Positions 19,464 through 27,181 of a DNA stretch of 64,000 nucleotides are shown here, piece by piece (positions within the stretch are counted from its first letter, which is position 1; every line of letters starts with the position of its first letter). This DNA is from Escherichia phage Ec_Makalu_003: the sequence record MN882349.1. The stretch is one strand, 5' to 3'. The notes under the pieces are model-generated. The model saw nothing but the letters and a program-made list of their open reading frames with translations. It was not told the origin of the DNA and ran no database searches. Made by a program: the position numbers and the translations under genes.

Positions 19464-19477
19464 CACTTTTTATAAAA

Positions 19478-19645
19478 TTATTTGTTAATTTCTGGTGCGT
19501 TGCTAGGATAGTAACCTTCTTTAACTCCGAGGTATTTTGCAACCATCCCTACAATCTTCTGTGCTACTACAATGTCAAATTTCAGATAATCTTCGCCGTG
19601 GGTTTCAATGATATATGCTTCACATGCTGCTTTAGTCTCGAACAT
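19478..19645 (-). CDS. small conserved protein, 55 aa (copy 1; paralogue at 22760..22927)
   Basis: MFETKAACEAYII...GVKEGYYPSNAPEINK; second copy differs by about ten amino acids, with additional synonymous differences. Confidence 0.55.
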   Translation of the reverse strand: MFETKAACEAYIIETHGEDYLKFDIVVAQKIVGMVAKYLGVKEGYYPSNAPEINK

Positions 19646-19678
19646 TTTGATTCTCCTATTTCGTTTCGGTATGTGTGT

Positions 19679-19707
19679 ATTATAGGGGATCTCCCGATCC
19701 CCGTCAA
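19679..19707 (-). promoter_or_regulatory. early promoter with stem-loop (PeSL)
   Basis: TTGACG, spacer GGGATCGGGAGATCCCC, TATAAT. Confidence 0.6.
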
Positions 19708-19721
19708 CAACTTTTTTAAAA

Positions 19722-20003
19722 TTATTCGTGATTAGTTTCGATATTGTGCATTTTGCACCAGTTCAGCCAATCGCCAAGATCTTGATAGTTGATGCTTTTA
19801 TCTGCTGCCATCGTTTTTGTCTTGATACCCATATGTGCGTTATGAGTAAGCATTTTTACAGTGAACTCAATTTTATCGCCTTTAGCTTTAACATCAACCA
19901 GTTTGGTCCACTGGCTACCAGCACCGCGAATGTTCATACCAACGATGTTTCCGATGTATGCTTCTTTGTTGTTCAGGATTTCGGTTGCTTTGATGAATTT
20001 CAT
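19722..20003 (-). CDS. hypothetical protein, 93 aa
   Basis: ORF after a PeSL-family promoter. Confidence 0.5.
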   Translation of the reverse strand: MKFIKATEILNNKEAYIGNIVGMNIRGAGSQWTKLVDVKAKGDKIEFTVKMLTHNAHMGIKTKTMAADKSINYQDLGDWLNWCKMHNIETNHE

Positions 20004-20036
20004 TTTTGATTCTCCAGTTCGTTTCGGTATGGGTGT

Positions 20037-20065
20037 ATTATGCTATGTTCTTACTTTGGTGTCAA
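20037..20065 (-). promoter_or_regulatory. early promoter, PeSL family with degenerate stem
   Basis: TTGACA, 17 nt, CATAAT, conserved leader. Confidence 0.5.
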
Positions 20066-20073
20066 CAACTTTT

Positions 20074-20343
20074 TTAGATATTTTCAGAAATAAATTTTAA
20101 AACTTGACGTAAATGTTTCTCATCTTTGATAGTCGCCGGAAGTTCTTCTTTTACTTCCTGTGCAAGATAGATATTTCCGTTCCAAGTGAAAGACCCGTCT
20201 TCGTTTACGCGATAGCTGAACATCCATTCGCAATCATTTTCGATTTCATATACACACAGAAGGGTGTAATCTTCAAAGCTATTGATTTCAAGGTCGAAGC
20301 CGTGGCGTTTTGCAAAGTTGGTAGTGGTTTTAGTCAGTGCCAT
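20074..20343 (-). CDS. hypothetical protein, 89 aa
   Basis: ORF after a PeSL-family promoter. Confidence 0.5.
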   Translation of the reverse strand: MALTKTTTNFAKRHGFDLEINSFEDYTLLCVYEIENDCEWMFSYRVNEDGSFTWNGNIYLAQEVKEELPATIKDEKHLRQVLKFISENI

Positions 20344-20383
20344 TGTTTGATTCTCCTAAGTGGTATCTCGTTTCGATGGGTGT

Positions 20384-20412
20384 ATTATGCTATAGGCGTG
20401 ATCAGGTGTCAA
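20384..20412 (-). promoter_or_regulatory. early promoter, PeSL family
   Basis: TTGACA, 17 nt containing TGATCA, CATAAT. Confidence 0.5.
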
Positions 20413-20469
20413 TGCCTTTTTTAAAATTTTATGCAATAAAAAAGCCGACACTAAGGTCGGCTAATAAAA

Positions 20470-20778
20470 TCATTTAGACAAATAATCATTCAGTGCAATC
20501 CGGTCGGCATGTTCCGGCGTTACATCAATCGCAATCACTTTAACGCGTGCTTTCTTGCGACCTGGGTTTTCTCGTAACCAGTGCTCATGACCGTGAACAT
20601 TTTTATACTGCGATGCTTCTTCGAAGGTACGGATCGGACCAGGGTAATCAGCGTAAAGGATCTCTAGGTCATCGGTGATGTAAAAATATACGTTGTAATT
20701 ACTGTTCTCTAGCTTAAGCAGAGACTTTCGGAACATTGGGAGATTTTCGCGGGTAAATTCAAAAGTAATATCTTTCAT
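20470..20778 (-). CDS. HxH-HW family protein A, 102 aa
   Basis: ATG at 20778 with GAGGA; motifs YFYITDD, HGHEHWL, VIAIDV. Confidence 0.5.
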   Translation of the reverse strand: MKDITFEFTRENLPMFRKSLLKLENSNYNVYFYITDDLEILYADYPGPIRTFEEASQYKNVHGHEHWLRENPGRKKARVKVIAIDVTPEHADRIALNDYLSK

Positions 20779-20827
20779 AGTATTATCCTCAATAGTTGGA
20801 TGAAAAGGGGGCTTAACGCCCCATATA

Positions 20828-21115
20828 TTAAAACAGTCCTTCCTGTACACCGTAGTAGAGTTCGTCGCTGATAATTTCATTAATGCGACGGTGTGCATAT
20901 TCCTGATTTGCGAAGTTGTCAGCAAGTTCTACTTTAGTTTCACCGTCATGAGTCCATTTAGTGATAACTTTACCATCTGCAAATTTGAAGTTGAACTCTT
21001 TAGCTACTGCATCGCGTACCAGACGTGCGAACTTGTTGTTACGGATTGCATTATCGGTTTCGTGTGCAGCGTGAGCAAATTTGTTAACTTTCAGAGTGAT
21101 AGTGATGTATGCCAT
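20828..21115 (-). CDS. hypothetical protein, 95 aa
   Basis: ORF followed by hairpin ggggcttaacgcccc and a T-run. Confidence 0.5.
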   Translation of the reverse strand: MAYITITLKVNKFAHAAHETDNAIRNNKFARLVRDAVAKEFNFKFADGKVITKWTHDGETKVELADNFANQEYAHRRINEIISDELYYGVQEGLF

Positions 21116-21161
21116 AATTTGATTCTCCTAGTTAGAAAGTGTATCTCGTTTCGATGGGTGT

Positions 21162-21190
21162 ATTATGCTATACACCCGATCTTATGTCAA
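21162..21190 (-). promoter_or_regulatory. early promoter with stem-loop (PeSL)
   Basis: TTGACA, then GGGTGTAT/ATACACCC inverted repeat flanking CATAAT. Confidence 0.55.
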
Positions 21191-21197
21191 CACTTTT

Positions 21198-21476
21198 TTA
21201 TAAAATAATTTTTTGATATTTTTCTATGATGTTTGTGTAATCCACATCAACCGCTATCACCGTTGCTTCGAATCCACCGTTTAGCCAATGGCTATGGTCA
21301 TGATCGTGAAAGAAACCAAGACCAGTACGAAGACCTTCTTTATATTCGGCGCGTACATTTAGATCATCATCGATAAACAGATAAAACCATGAATTTTTAC
21401 TAGGATTGATGATACAACCTTTCAGATTAGGGAGAATATCACGACTAAGAATAAACTTATCACCTACTTTGAACAT
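21198..21476 (-). CDS. HxH-HW family protein B, 92 aa
   Basis: ATG at 21476 with GTGAGGA; motifs FYLFIDDD, HDHDHSHWL, VIAVDV. Confidence 0.5.
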   Translation of the reverse strand: MFKVGDKFILSRDILPNLKGCIINPSKNSWFYLFIDDDLNVRAEYKEGLRTGLGFFHDHDHSHWLNGGFEATVIAVDVDYTNIIEKYQKIIL

Positions 21477-21480
21477 AATA

Positions 21481-21801
21481 TTAGTCCTCACTTATAAGGT
21501 CAAACCAATTGTTTTTCGCATAATGCTTAATGCGTGCTTGATCTGCTTCCGCTGGTGATAGATTCCATGCAACCACTACAACTTCTGACGCGTCGTCATC
21601 CGTTTCTGATACCCAATGATTGTGATTCATACAGTTATTTGCGATCGAGTGAGCAAATGATTTCATCACTGGAGACGTATAATCATAGTAACGGATTTTC
21701 AGATTTTCATCAACATACAAGTAGATCGTATAAGGTTTATATTCAGTAACCAGTAACAGACAGTTACGCAATTCTGGGAAAATCTTTTTAGTTAATTTCA
21801 T
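21481..21801 (-). CDS. HxH-HW family protein C, 106 aa
   Basis: ATG at 21801 with GAGGA; motifs IYLYVDEN, NHNHWV, VVVVAWN. Confidence 0.45.
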   Translation of the reverse strand: MKLTKKIFPELRNCLLLVTEYKPYTIYLYVDENLKIRYYDYTSPVMKSFAHSIANNCMNHNHWVSETDDDASEVVVVAWNLSPAEADQARIKHYAKNNWFDLISED

Positions 21802-21802
21802 T

Positions 21803-22021
21803 TTATAATCCTCGGTCGCGGCTATAGTACACGGTACGCCATACAATTTCATGTTTCGTGTCGCTCCAGCACACGATCTCATTTACTCTTAAATCTTTGT
21901 TATCAACAAAAGATGAACATTGTGACGCTTCTTTCATCATTTTATCTGCTGTTTTCTCATCAAATACAGCACAGATTTCTTTATACACTCGATAATCTTT
22001 GAATTGACTCTGGATACCCAT
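21803..22021 (-). CDS. small protein, about 72 aa (paralogue of 21981..22238)
   Basis: QFKDYRVYKEICAVFDEKTADKMMKEASQCSSF vs KFKDYKAYQQILRVYDAEFAEKMMEDASKCPSF. Confidence 0.45.
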   Translation of the reverse strand: MGIQSQFKDYRVYKEICAVFDEKTADKMMKEASQCSSFVDNKDLRVNEIVCWSDTKHEIVWRTVYYSRDRGL

Positions 22022-22238
22022 AATTAACACCATTCCAACCAATTGTTTTTGAGAAAACGTTTATCCACTGTTGAGTGTAGCATGTTTCTTTCCATGATAC
22101 AATACGAGTAGAATAATGGTTTTTGTTTCCAGAAAAGGACGGGCATTTTGATGCATCTTCCATCATCTTTTCGGCGAACTCCGCGTCATATACCCGCAGG
22201 ATCTGTTGATATGCTTTATAATCTTTAAATTTGCTCAT
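21981..22238 (-). CDS. small protein, 85 aa (paralogue of 21803..22021)
   Basis: tandem paralogue overlapping the next gene in another frame. Confidence 0.45.
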   Translation of the reverse strand: MSKFKDYKAYQQILRVYDAEFAEKMMEDASKCPSFSGNKNHYSTRIVSWKETCYTQQWINVFSKTIGWNGVNYGYPESIQRLSSV

Positions 22239-22503
22239 AATTGTTAACTACCTTATCAGCTTCTTTTATTGTTTTTACATCAACTGCGATAATCCGTAAA
22301 GGTTCGTCGAAGGTCCACCAGTGGTCATGAATATCAGCTTGTGATTTATCACCAAAGGAATCACGAATATCATTTTTACATTTATAGCTAATATGGCCTT
22401 CATAGTCAACATAAAGGTAATTATCGAAAATCGGAGTTTTTAAGATCATACCGAAAAATCTTTCTTTGTGTGTCTTATCAAGTGTTGCAGTAATTCGCAT
22501 CAT
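22225..22503 (-). CDS. HxH-HW family protein D, 92 aa
   Basis: motifs YLYVDYEG, IHDHWW, IIAVDV. Confidence 0.5.
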   Translation of the reverse strand: MMRITATLDKTHKERFFGMILKTPIFDNYLYVDYEGHISYKCKNDIRDSFGDKSQADIHDHWWTFDEPLRIIAVDVKTIKEADKVVNNYEQI

Positions 22504-22515
22504 AATATATTCCTC

Positions 22516-22695
22516 TTAGAAAGGGATGGTCATTTCTTGAGCTTGTACATTCTCGTTAGGATTAAACTTCATCCAACCGATATTGTCTACCAGCATATGT
22601 ACATTTTTATCATATCCTACGTGAGTAGTCAACACTAAATGTGCTTTACCTTCAACGATGATTTCCATGTACTTCTGAACTTCGATAGCTTTCAT
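22516..22695 (-). CDS. hypothetical protein, 59 aa
   Basis: ATG at 22695 after the conserved leader GGAGAATCAAA. Confidence 0.35.
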   Translation of the reverse strand: MKAIEVQKYMEIIVEGKAHLVLTTHVGYDKNVHMLVDNIGWMKFNPNENVQAQEMTIPF

Positions 22696-22721
22696 TTTGA
22701 TTCTCCGTTTGTTGTCTTGAT

Positions 22722-22756
22722 GGGAGTATCTTACTACTCCCTTTAATCATTGTCAA
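22722..22756 (-). promoter_or_regulatory. early promoter with stem-loop (PeSL)
   Basis: TTGACA followed by palindrome GGGAGTAGTAAGATACTCCC. Confidence 0.55.
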
Positions 22757-22759
22757 CTA

Positions 22760-22927
22760 TTATTTGTTAATTTCTGGTGCGTTGCTCGGATAGTAACCTT
22801 CTTTAACACCCAGATATTTTGCAACCATTCCGGTGATCTTCTGTGCTACTACGATATCGAATTTCAGGTAGTCTTCACCGTGGTTTGCTACAATGTATGC
22901 TTCGCATTCTGCTTTAGTCTGGAACAT
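22760..22927 (-). CDS. small conserved protein, 55 aa (copy 2; paralogue of 19478..19645)
   Basis: MFQTKAECEAYIV...GVKEGYYPSNAPEINK. Confidence 0.55.
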   Translation of the reverse strand: MFQTKAECEAYIVANHGEDYLKFDIVVAQKITGMVAKYLGVKEGYYPSNAPEINK

Positions 22928-22961
22928 TTTTGATTCTCCTATATCTCGTTGGTATGTGTGC

Positions 22962-22990
22962 ATTATAGGGGATCACCGATCCCCTGTCAA
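22962..22990 (-). promoter_or_regulatory. early promoter with stem-loop (PeSL)
   Basis: TTGACA, spacer GGGGATCGGTGATCCCC, TATAAT. Confidence 0.65.
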
Positions 22991-22995
22991 CAACT

Positions 22996-23289
22996 TTATA
23001 ATGCTTTATACGCGTATTTCATAAATTTGTCTGCCACTTCATTGGCATGTTCAGATTCTACGCCTGATTCGAGAACAATAGCTAGGTCGGTTTCGTCATT
23101 CCCGCCGTACCAATGATTTGATGTTCGATTTTTTTCAATTGGAAATTGGTCACTTTTATCTGTGCGACAAAATACATCTAAATGCTCGTCGATGTAAAAG
23201 ATCCAATCTTCATAAAGAATAACGGTATTAGCAAGATTTTTATTGCCTTCAACGAAAGGTTCCGCGACAAATAGCTTAGTTTGTTCCAT
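22996..23289 (-). CDS. HxH-HW family-like protein F, 97 aa
   Basis: ATG at 23289 with GAGGA; FYIDEHLDV...SNHWYGG; weakest family member. Confidence 0.4.
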   Translation of the reverse strand: MEQTKLFVAEPFVEGNKNLANTVILYEDWIFYIDEHLDVFCRTDKSDQFPIEKNRTSNHWYGGNDETDLAIVLESGVESEHANEVADKFMKYAYKAL

Positions 23290-23305
23290 AGTAATTTCCT
23301 CAAAA

Positions 23306-23497
23306 TTATACAGTTTCGTAAACTTCCCAATGTTCAGCGCCAACACGCTTAACGAAAAGGTTTTCTTTGATGTTATTCATAAACGTCTGGATGGATTTAA
23401 TGCGGTTTGAAGGTTTCCATTCTTCGTTGGCATTGCGTCGATACATCATAACATTACCAGTTCGCTTATATTCAGCAACCATTTTAAGACCACACAT
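23306..23497 (-). CDS. hypothetical protein, 63 aa
   Basis: ORF between family members. Confidence 0.4.
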   Translation of the reverse strand: MCGLKMVAEYKRTGNVMMYRRNANEEWKPSNRIKSIQTFMNNIKENLFVKRVGAEHWEVYETV

Positions 23498-23554
23498 AAT
23501 ATTATCCTCAATTTGTGGGAGAGTATTACCCCTCCCAATGATTGTTATGTTATA

Positions 23555-23875
23555 TCACACAAAATGGCGTGTCAATGCTTCTTTTGCGGTTCCGCTAAGA
23601 CTTTCAATCTCGCCTGGCATAACATCAACCGCCAGAACTTCTACAACATCTTCGGACCCTAACCAGTGAGTATGGCCTTTGTAGAACTTGATAACCAGAC
23701 CACCTTCCTCGTCCCATTTAACGCTATCGCTAGCCCACCACACATCACCGTCGATAAAGTTGATGTAAAGCACACTACGCCACATTGAATTAATTACTTT
23801 CAATACTGCGCCTTTCATCTCTTCCACGGTATGGTCTTCCATTTTGAAGACCTCACCTACCTGAACTTTTGCCAT
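23555..23875 (-). CDS. HxH-HW family protein E, 106 aa
   Basis: motifs LYINFIDGD, KGHTHWL, VLAVDV. Confidence 0.5.
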   Translation of the reverse strand: MAKVQVGEVFKMEDHTVEEMKGAVLKVINSMWRSVLYINFIDGDVWWASDSVKWDEEGGLVIKFYKGHTHWLGSEDVVEVLAVDVMPGEIESLSGTAKEALTRHFV

Positions 23876-23892
23876 TTAGTCACCTCTCTTTA

Positions 23893-24072
23893 TTACATAA
23901 CAATCACGCCAGCCGTTGAAAGTTGATGTTTCAACTGAGCATTTTCTGCTACTGTCAAATCAATGATTTCTTGTGACGCTGCAATCATATAACCATTGGT
24001 GATATTGTTTTGCATCAGTTCAATGGTTTCTTCGTTGTAGCGGATTTTAGCGATGATTTCGTTGAAGTTCAT
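23893..24072 (-). CDS. hypothetical protein, 59 aa
   Basis: ATG at 24072 downstream of the PeSL at 24107. Confidence 0.4.
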   Translation of the reverse strand: MNFNEIIAKIRYNEETIELMQNNITNGYMIAASQEIIDLTVAENAQLKHQLSTAGVIVM

Positions 24073-24106
24073 AATTGATTCTCCTAGTTCGTTTCGGTAT
24101 GTGTGC

Positions 24107-24135
24107 AGTATAGGGGATCGCCGATCCCCTGTCAA
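24107..24135 (-). promoter_or_regulatory. early promoter with stem-loop (PeSL)
   Basis: identical to the 17303-17331 element: TTGACA, GGGGATCGGCGATCCCC, TATACT. Confidence 0.65.
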
Positions 24136-24148
24136 CAACTTTTTTGAA

Positions 24149-24625
24149 TTATTTTTCTTGATGCTCGCGCTCGTACTTTTCGAAATAAAATTCTACTGGC
24201 TGATCGTGGATTGAAAGCAAGCCAAAGCGTTTAGCCGCACGTAATCCCATGTTACGTTGAATGTACTTCTGGAAGTTCTCGCGTATACACTTACGCCAGT
24301 ATTCTAAGCCCATACAGCTTTTGTAAAGATTGCATTGCACACAAGCCGGATTCATGTTGTCAAGTATATCGTGCTCCGGTTTATGCATTCCTACAACCTT
24401 ATACTTCCACGATCCATCATCATTACGGGCAATTCGTCCATTTTCATCATAGACTACTTTTGAGCGTCGCAATACTGGTTTGATGTGGTCTGCGTGCCAG
24501 CGATCCCCTAGTTCCTCGCCACAATAGGCACAACGCCCACCGTATTTCATTTTCAGGATCTGGCGTTGCTCTTTCTTTGACAATTTTTTAGGTTTAGGGG
24601 CTTTCGCCCCTTCATTATCACACAT
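24149..24625 (-). CDS. HNH endonuclease
   Basis: CAYCGEELGDRWHADHIKPV and NMNPACVQCN; start overlaps the DNA ligase stop by 8 nt. Confidence 0.7.
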   Translation of the reverse strand: MCDNEGAKAPKPKKLSKKEQRQILKMKYGGRCAYCGEELGDRWHADHIKPVLRRSKVVYDENGRIARNDDGSWKYKVVGMHKPEHDILDNMNPACVQCNLYKSCMGLEYWRKCIRENFQKYIQRNMGLRAAKRFGLLSIHDQPVEFYFEKYEREHQEK

Positions 24626-26114
24626 CGAATACCTCTTTTACTGTATTTGCAGTGGTCTTGTCGTAGCGAATACGTTTGATGATTGGGAGAAATAAAGAGA
24701 ACTCCGGTTCATCTTCTTTACGTGATTTGCTGCGGATATATCCGTTGCATGTCATCTCAATGACTTTTCCGATCAGGTTATGACGGTCAGCCCATAACAT
24801 TTCTCGGTCGAGTTCATTTCGACGATCGAACGGAATTACACGTTCAATACCATCATCATCTTTTTCGGTTGTGGTGTCGGTCAATCCCGATCCGGTGTTA
24901 GTCGTCATTCGTCCGCACGCACTACGGACAGTAAAACCGCCTACCTTGTTAGGATCTTTACTATGCGGATATACATCAACAATTTCCGCGTCGAAGTCAA
25001 TCACTTCTTTAAATTTAACCTGATCTTTACTGCGACGATCTTCAAATACACCATGTAAATTTTTAAGGATAATACCTTCTAATCCCATGTTGACATAACG
25101 ATGATATACTTCGCGAGCTTCATCGATATTGTTAACTACAGTGTTTTCGATTATCTGAACACGAGGATCGTTAAGTTCTTCAACAATCTGTTTTAGTTCT
25201 TCGAATCGATCTTTATATTGCTTCGTTGCTTTCTCGTTTCCGTAATACACATCACGGTCGATAACATCCCAGACAGTGTAAACAATACATTGGGCTTCTT
25301 CTTTTGGAATAGTTCCTTTCAGTGATTTGTTGAGGATACCATTTCCGGTCTGACGGTCTGCAACAACGGATTCTTTCACTGCTTCCGCTACTGGCGTTAA
25401 TGGCATTTCCTCTTCTTCAAATATCCATGATAGAGTACCATCATAAACGCTCTCAACGAAGTTCTGCGCTGGTGTTTGAGAAAGGGTAGGCATATATACC
25501 AACTCACCATCTAAAACAATTCCACGGCCTCGTAGACGCTCTAAAACAGCAAACAAATCATCCAGCCCCTGATAGGTATTACCTGAACGGGTATAGATTG
25601 CTAATGTTTCTCCGTCAATATCAGCCATACCACGAGCGCCATCGCTTTTAAGTTGTGCATACGCCGGATATTTGATATTGGCAATAGTCTTATCAGAACA
25701 TGACGATGCAAGGTGGCACGGCTGCTGAGGAATCAGCTTCTTCCATACCTTGTTTGCGGTGGTAGCGGAACAACCGCATTCCAGATCACGATTCAGGACC
25801 ATCATTGCAACTTTAGCATCATCTTCTGACAAGCAAGTCAGAGTATCGGTAACTAGCTGTAATGCAGCATTACCAGTTACTTGACGCGTGGCAAGTTTAT
25901 TTTTAAAGACCTGTAATGCACCGGATAAAGACAATACAGACGAATAGCGAGACGGTTTATCGTATTTCTTTACGCCAAACGTAACCTGCTTGCAATATGC
26001 CAGATAAAAGCATTCTTTCAGCGTTTCATTGCTTGCAGATTCTTTCAGGATCTTTTCTTTCAGCGATGTTTTGTCAGTGGCTGCAAGCTGATTAATGATA
26101 TTAAGAATTGACAT
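24618..26114 (-). CDS. 30: ATP-dependent DNA ligase gp30
   Basis: motifs QLKSDGAR (KxDG adenylation), VLDGELVY, RDLECG, as recalled from T4 ligase; ATG at 26114 (track start 26120 is a GTG). Confidence 0.9.
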   Translation of the reverse strand: MSILNIINQLAATDKTSLKEKILKESASNETLKECFYLAYCKQVTFGVKKYDKPSRYSSVLSLSGALQVFKNKLATRQVTGNAALQLVTDTLTCLSEDDAKVAMMVLNRDLECGCSATTANKVWKKLIPQQPCHLASSCSDKTIANIKYPAYAQLKSDGARGMADIDGETLAIYTRSGNTYQGLDDLFAVLERLRGRGIVLDGELVYMPTLSQTPAQNFVESVYDGTLSWIFEEEEMPLTPVAEAVKESVVADRQTGNGILNKSLKGTIPKEEAQCIVYTVWDVIDRDVYYGNEKATKQYKDRFEELKQIVEELNDPRVQIIENTVVNNIDEAREVYHRYVNMGLEGIILKNLHGVFEDRRSKDQVKFKEVIDFDAEIVDVYPHSKDPNKVGGFTVRSACGRMTTNTGSGLTDTTTEKDDDGIERVIPFDRRNELDREMLWADRHNLIGKVIEMTCNGYIRSKSRKEDEPEFSLFLPIIKRIRYDKTTANTVKEVFDV

Positions 26115-26580
26115 TTTCACCTCGTTTTGTTAAACGTTCACGAATATCATTTAGGATACTACAAAATTCCGATTCGGTCAATATGGTCTTTAACGGATCA
26201 GTTCCACCTATGCTATGACGCAATTTCTTATTTCCGGTAGCGAGCAATGCTTTACAAAAATCTGGGTTATTTCGTGCCATCGTAACAAATGCCAGATGTA
26301 CCAGTCTGTAATAATGCTCACTCATTCGATGAATCGGGCGACCCTGAAAATATAGCATGTGATTCTCTATCTTTTCAGTCCTTCCGGTTCTTTTTGCTTT
26401 GCAGCCGTGCATCAAAAAGATTTCTCTTTGTCTCTGAGGGTTCTTAAATCTTAGCCCCTGTAAAAATCCTTCTGTGCTGTTAATATCGCAACCAAATAGA
26501 CGGAATGGCCTTTTATTGAAATTACTCAACTCGCCAGATGGATAAGGTCCACCCGCATAGATATCAATTTCAGAAGTCAT
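26101..26580 (-). CDS. NADAR-like domain protein (YbiA-like)
   Basis: 159 aa; GELSNFN, STEGFLQGLRF, ALLATGNKKL and ILNDIRERL parallel E. coli YbiA as recalled; overlaps the ligase start. Confidence 0.55.
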   Translation of the reverse strand: MTSEIDIYAGGPYPSGELSNFNKRPFRLFGCDINSTEGFLQGLRFKNPQRQREIFLMHGCKAKRTGRTEKIENHMLYFQGRPIHRMSEHYYRLVHLAFVTMARNNPDFCKALLATGNKKLRHSIGGTDPLKTILTESEFCSILNDIRERLTKRGENVNS

Positions 26581-26734
26581 TGAAACTAATCTCGCTAATC
26601 AGAGAGAACGGATCATAATCGTCATGAGGAATATCGATAGTAATCGAGTGAGGATTTACCCATACACCAAACTGGTCTTCTTCGGTGAATACTTCGGTAT
26701 GGATTTCGTGGATGTTTACATTCATAGTTTTCAT
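26570..26734 (-). CDS. hypothetical protein, 54 aa
   Basis: ATG at 26734 with AAGGAA; its stop overlaps the start of the NADAR-like gene. Confidence 0.35.
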   Translation of the reverse strand: MKTMNVNIHEIHTEVFTEEDQFGVWVNPHSITIDIPHDDYDPFSLISEISFNDF

Positions 26735-26780
26735 AATAAAAATTCCTTAATAATCAATAACTTACAAAATCATATAGCCA

Positions 26781-26806
26781 AAATATAGGCGGGATTATTT
26801 CCCGCC
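26781..26806 (-). terminator. rho-independent terminator after gene 31
   Basis: ggcgggattatttcccgcc hairpin followed on the minus strand by a U-rich run. Confidence 0.55.
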
Positions 26807-26817
26807 GTTTAAACTCA

Positions 26818-27141
26818 TTAACCGTAAACTACCACAATATTCTGTTTGTGTGTTACAGTCCATTTCAGGTCGATCTCTTCTTCCTTCTTAACGCCGTTAA
26901 TAACGTCTGGATGAGGAACTTTATTCATCTTGCCGTGTGGCAGTAGAACAGTTTTACCCAGCAATTCTTTATCTACAGTTTCACCAATATCAATAATCTT
27001 ACCTACCAGCGGAATCTCGCCCATAGTGCGCTTTTGCTCAATAATGATCCCCATAGAGCTTTTTACTTCGGTTCCTGCGCTTTCTGCTTTAGCTTCGATA
27101 ATTACATAATCACCAAGTGCTTTAGGAGTTTTAACGGTCAT
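26818..27141 (-). CDS. 31: co-chaperonin gp31 (GroES-like)
   Basis: 107 aa; KVPHPDV and overall pattern like T4 gp31. Confidence 0.75.
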   Translation of the reverse strand: MTVKTPKALGDYVIIEAKAESAGTEVKSSMGIIIEQKRTMGEIPLVGKIIDIGETVDKELLGKTVLLPHGKMNKVPHPDVINGVKKEEEIDLKWTVTHKQNIVVVYG

Positions 27142-27181
27142 AATTTCTTACCTCTTCAAATCAATACAGTTTAATGATGAA

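Noticed and set aside
17050-24135. Possible CRISPR array suggested by regularly recurring GC-rich palindromic repeats
   Set aside because: The repeat units vary in sequence and spacing, each is embedded in a -35/-10 promoter context, and the intervening segments are protein-coding genes of unequal length; this is a promoter/stem-loop cassette system.
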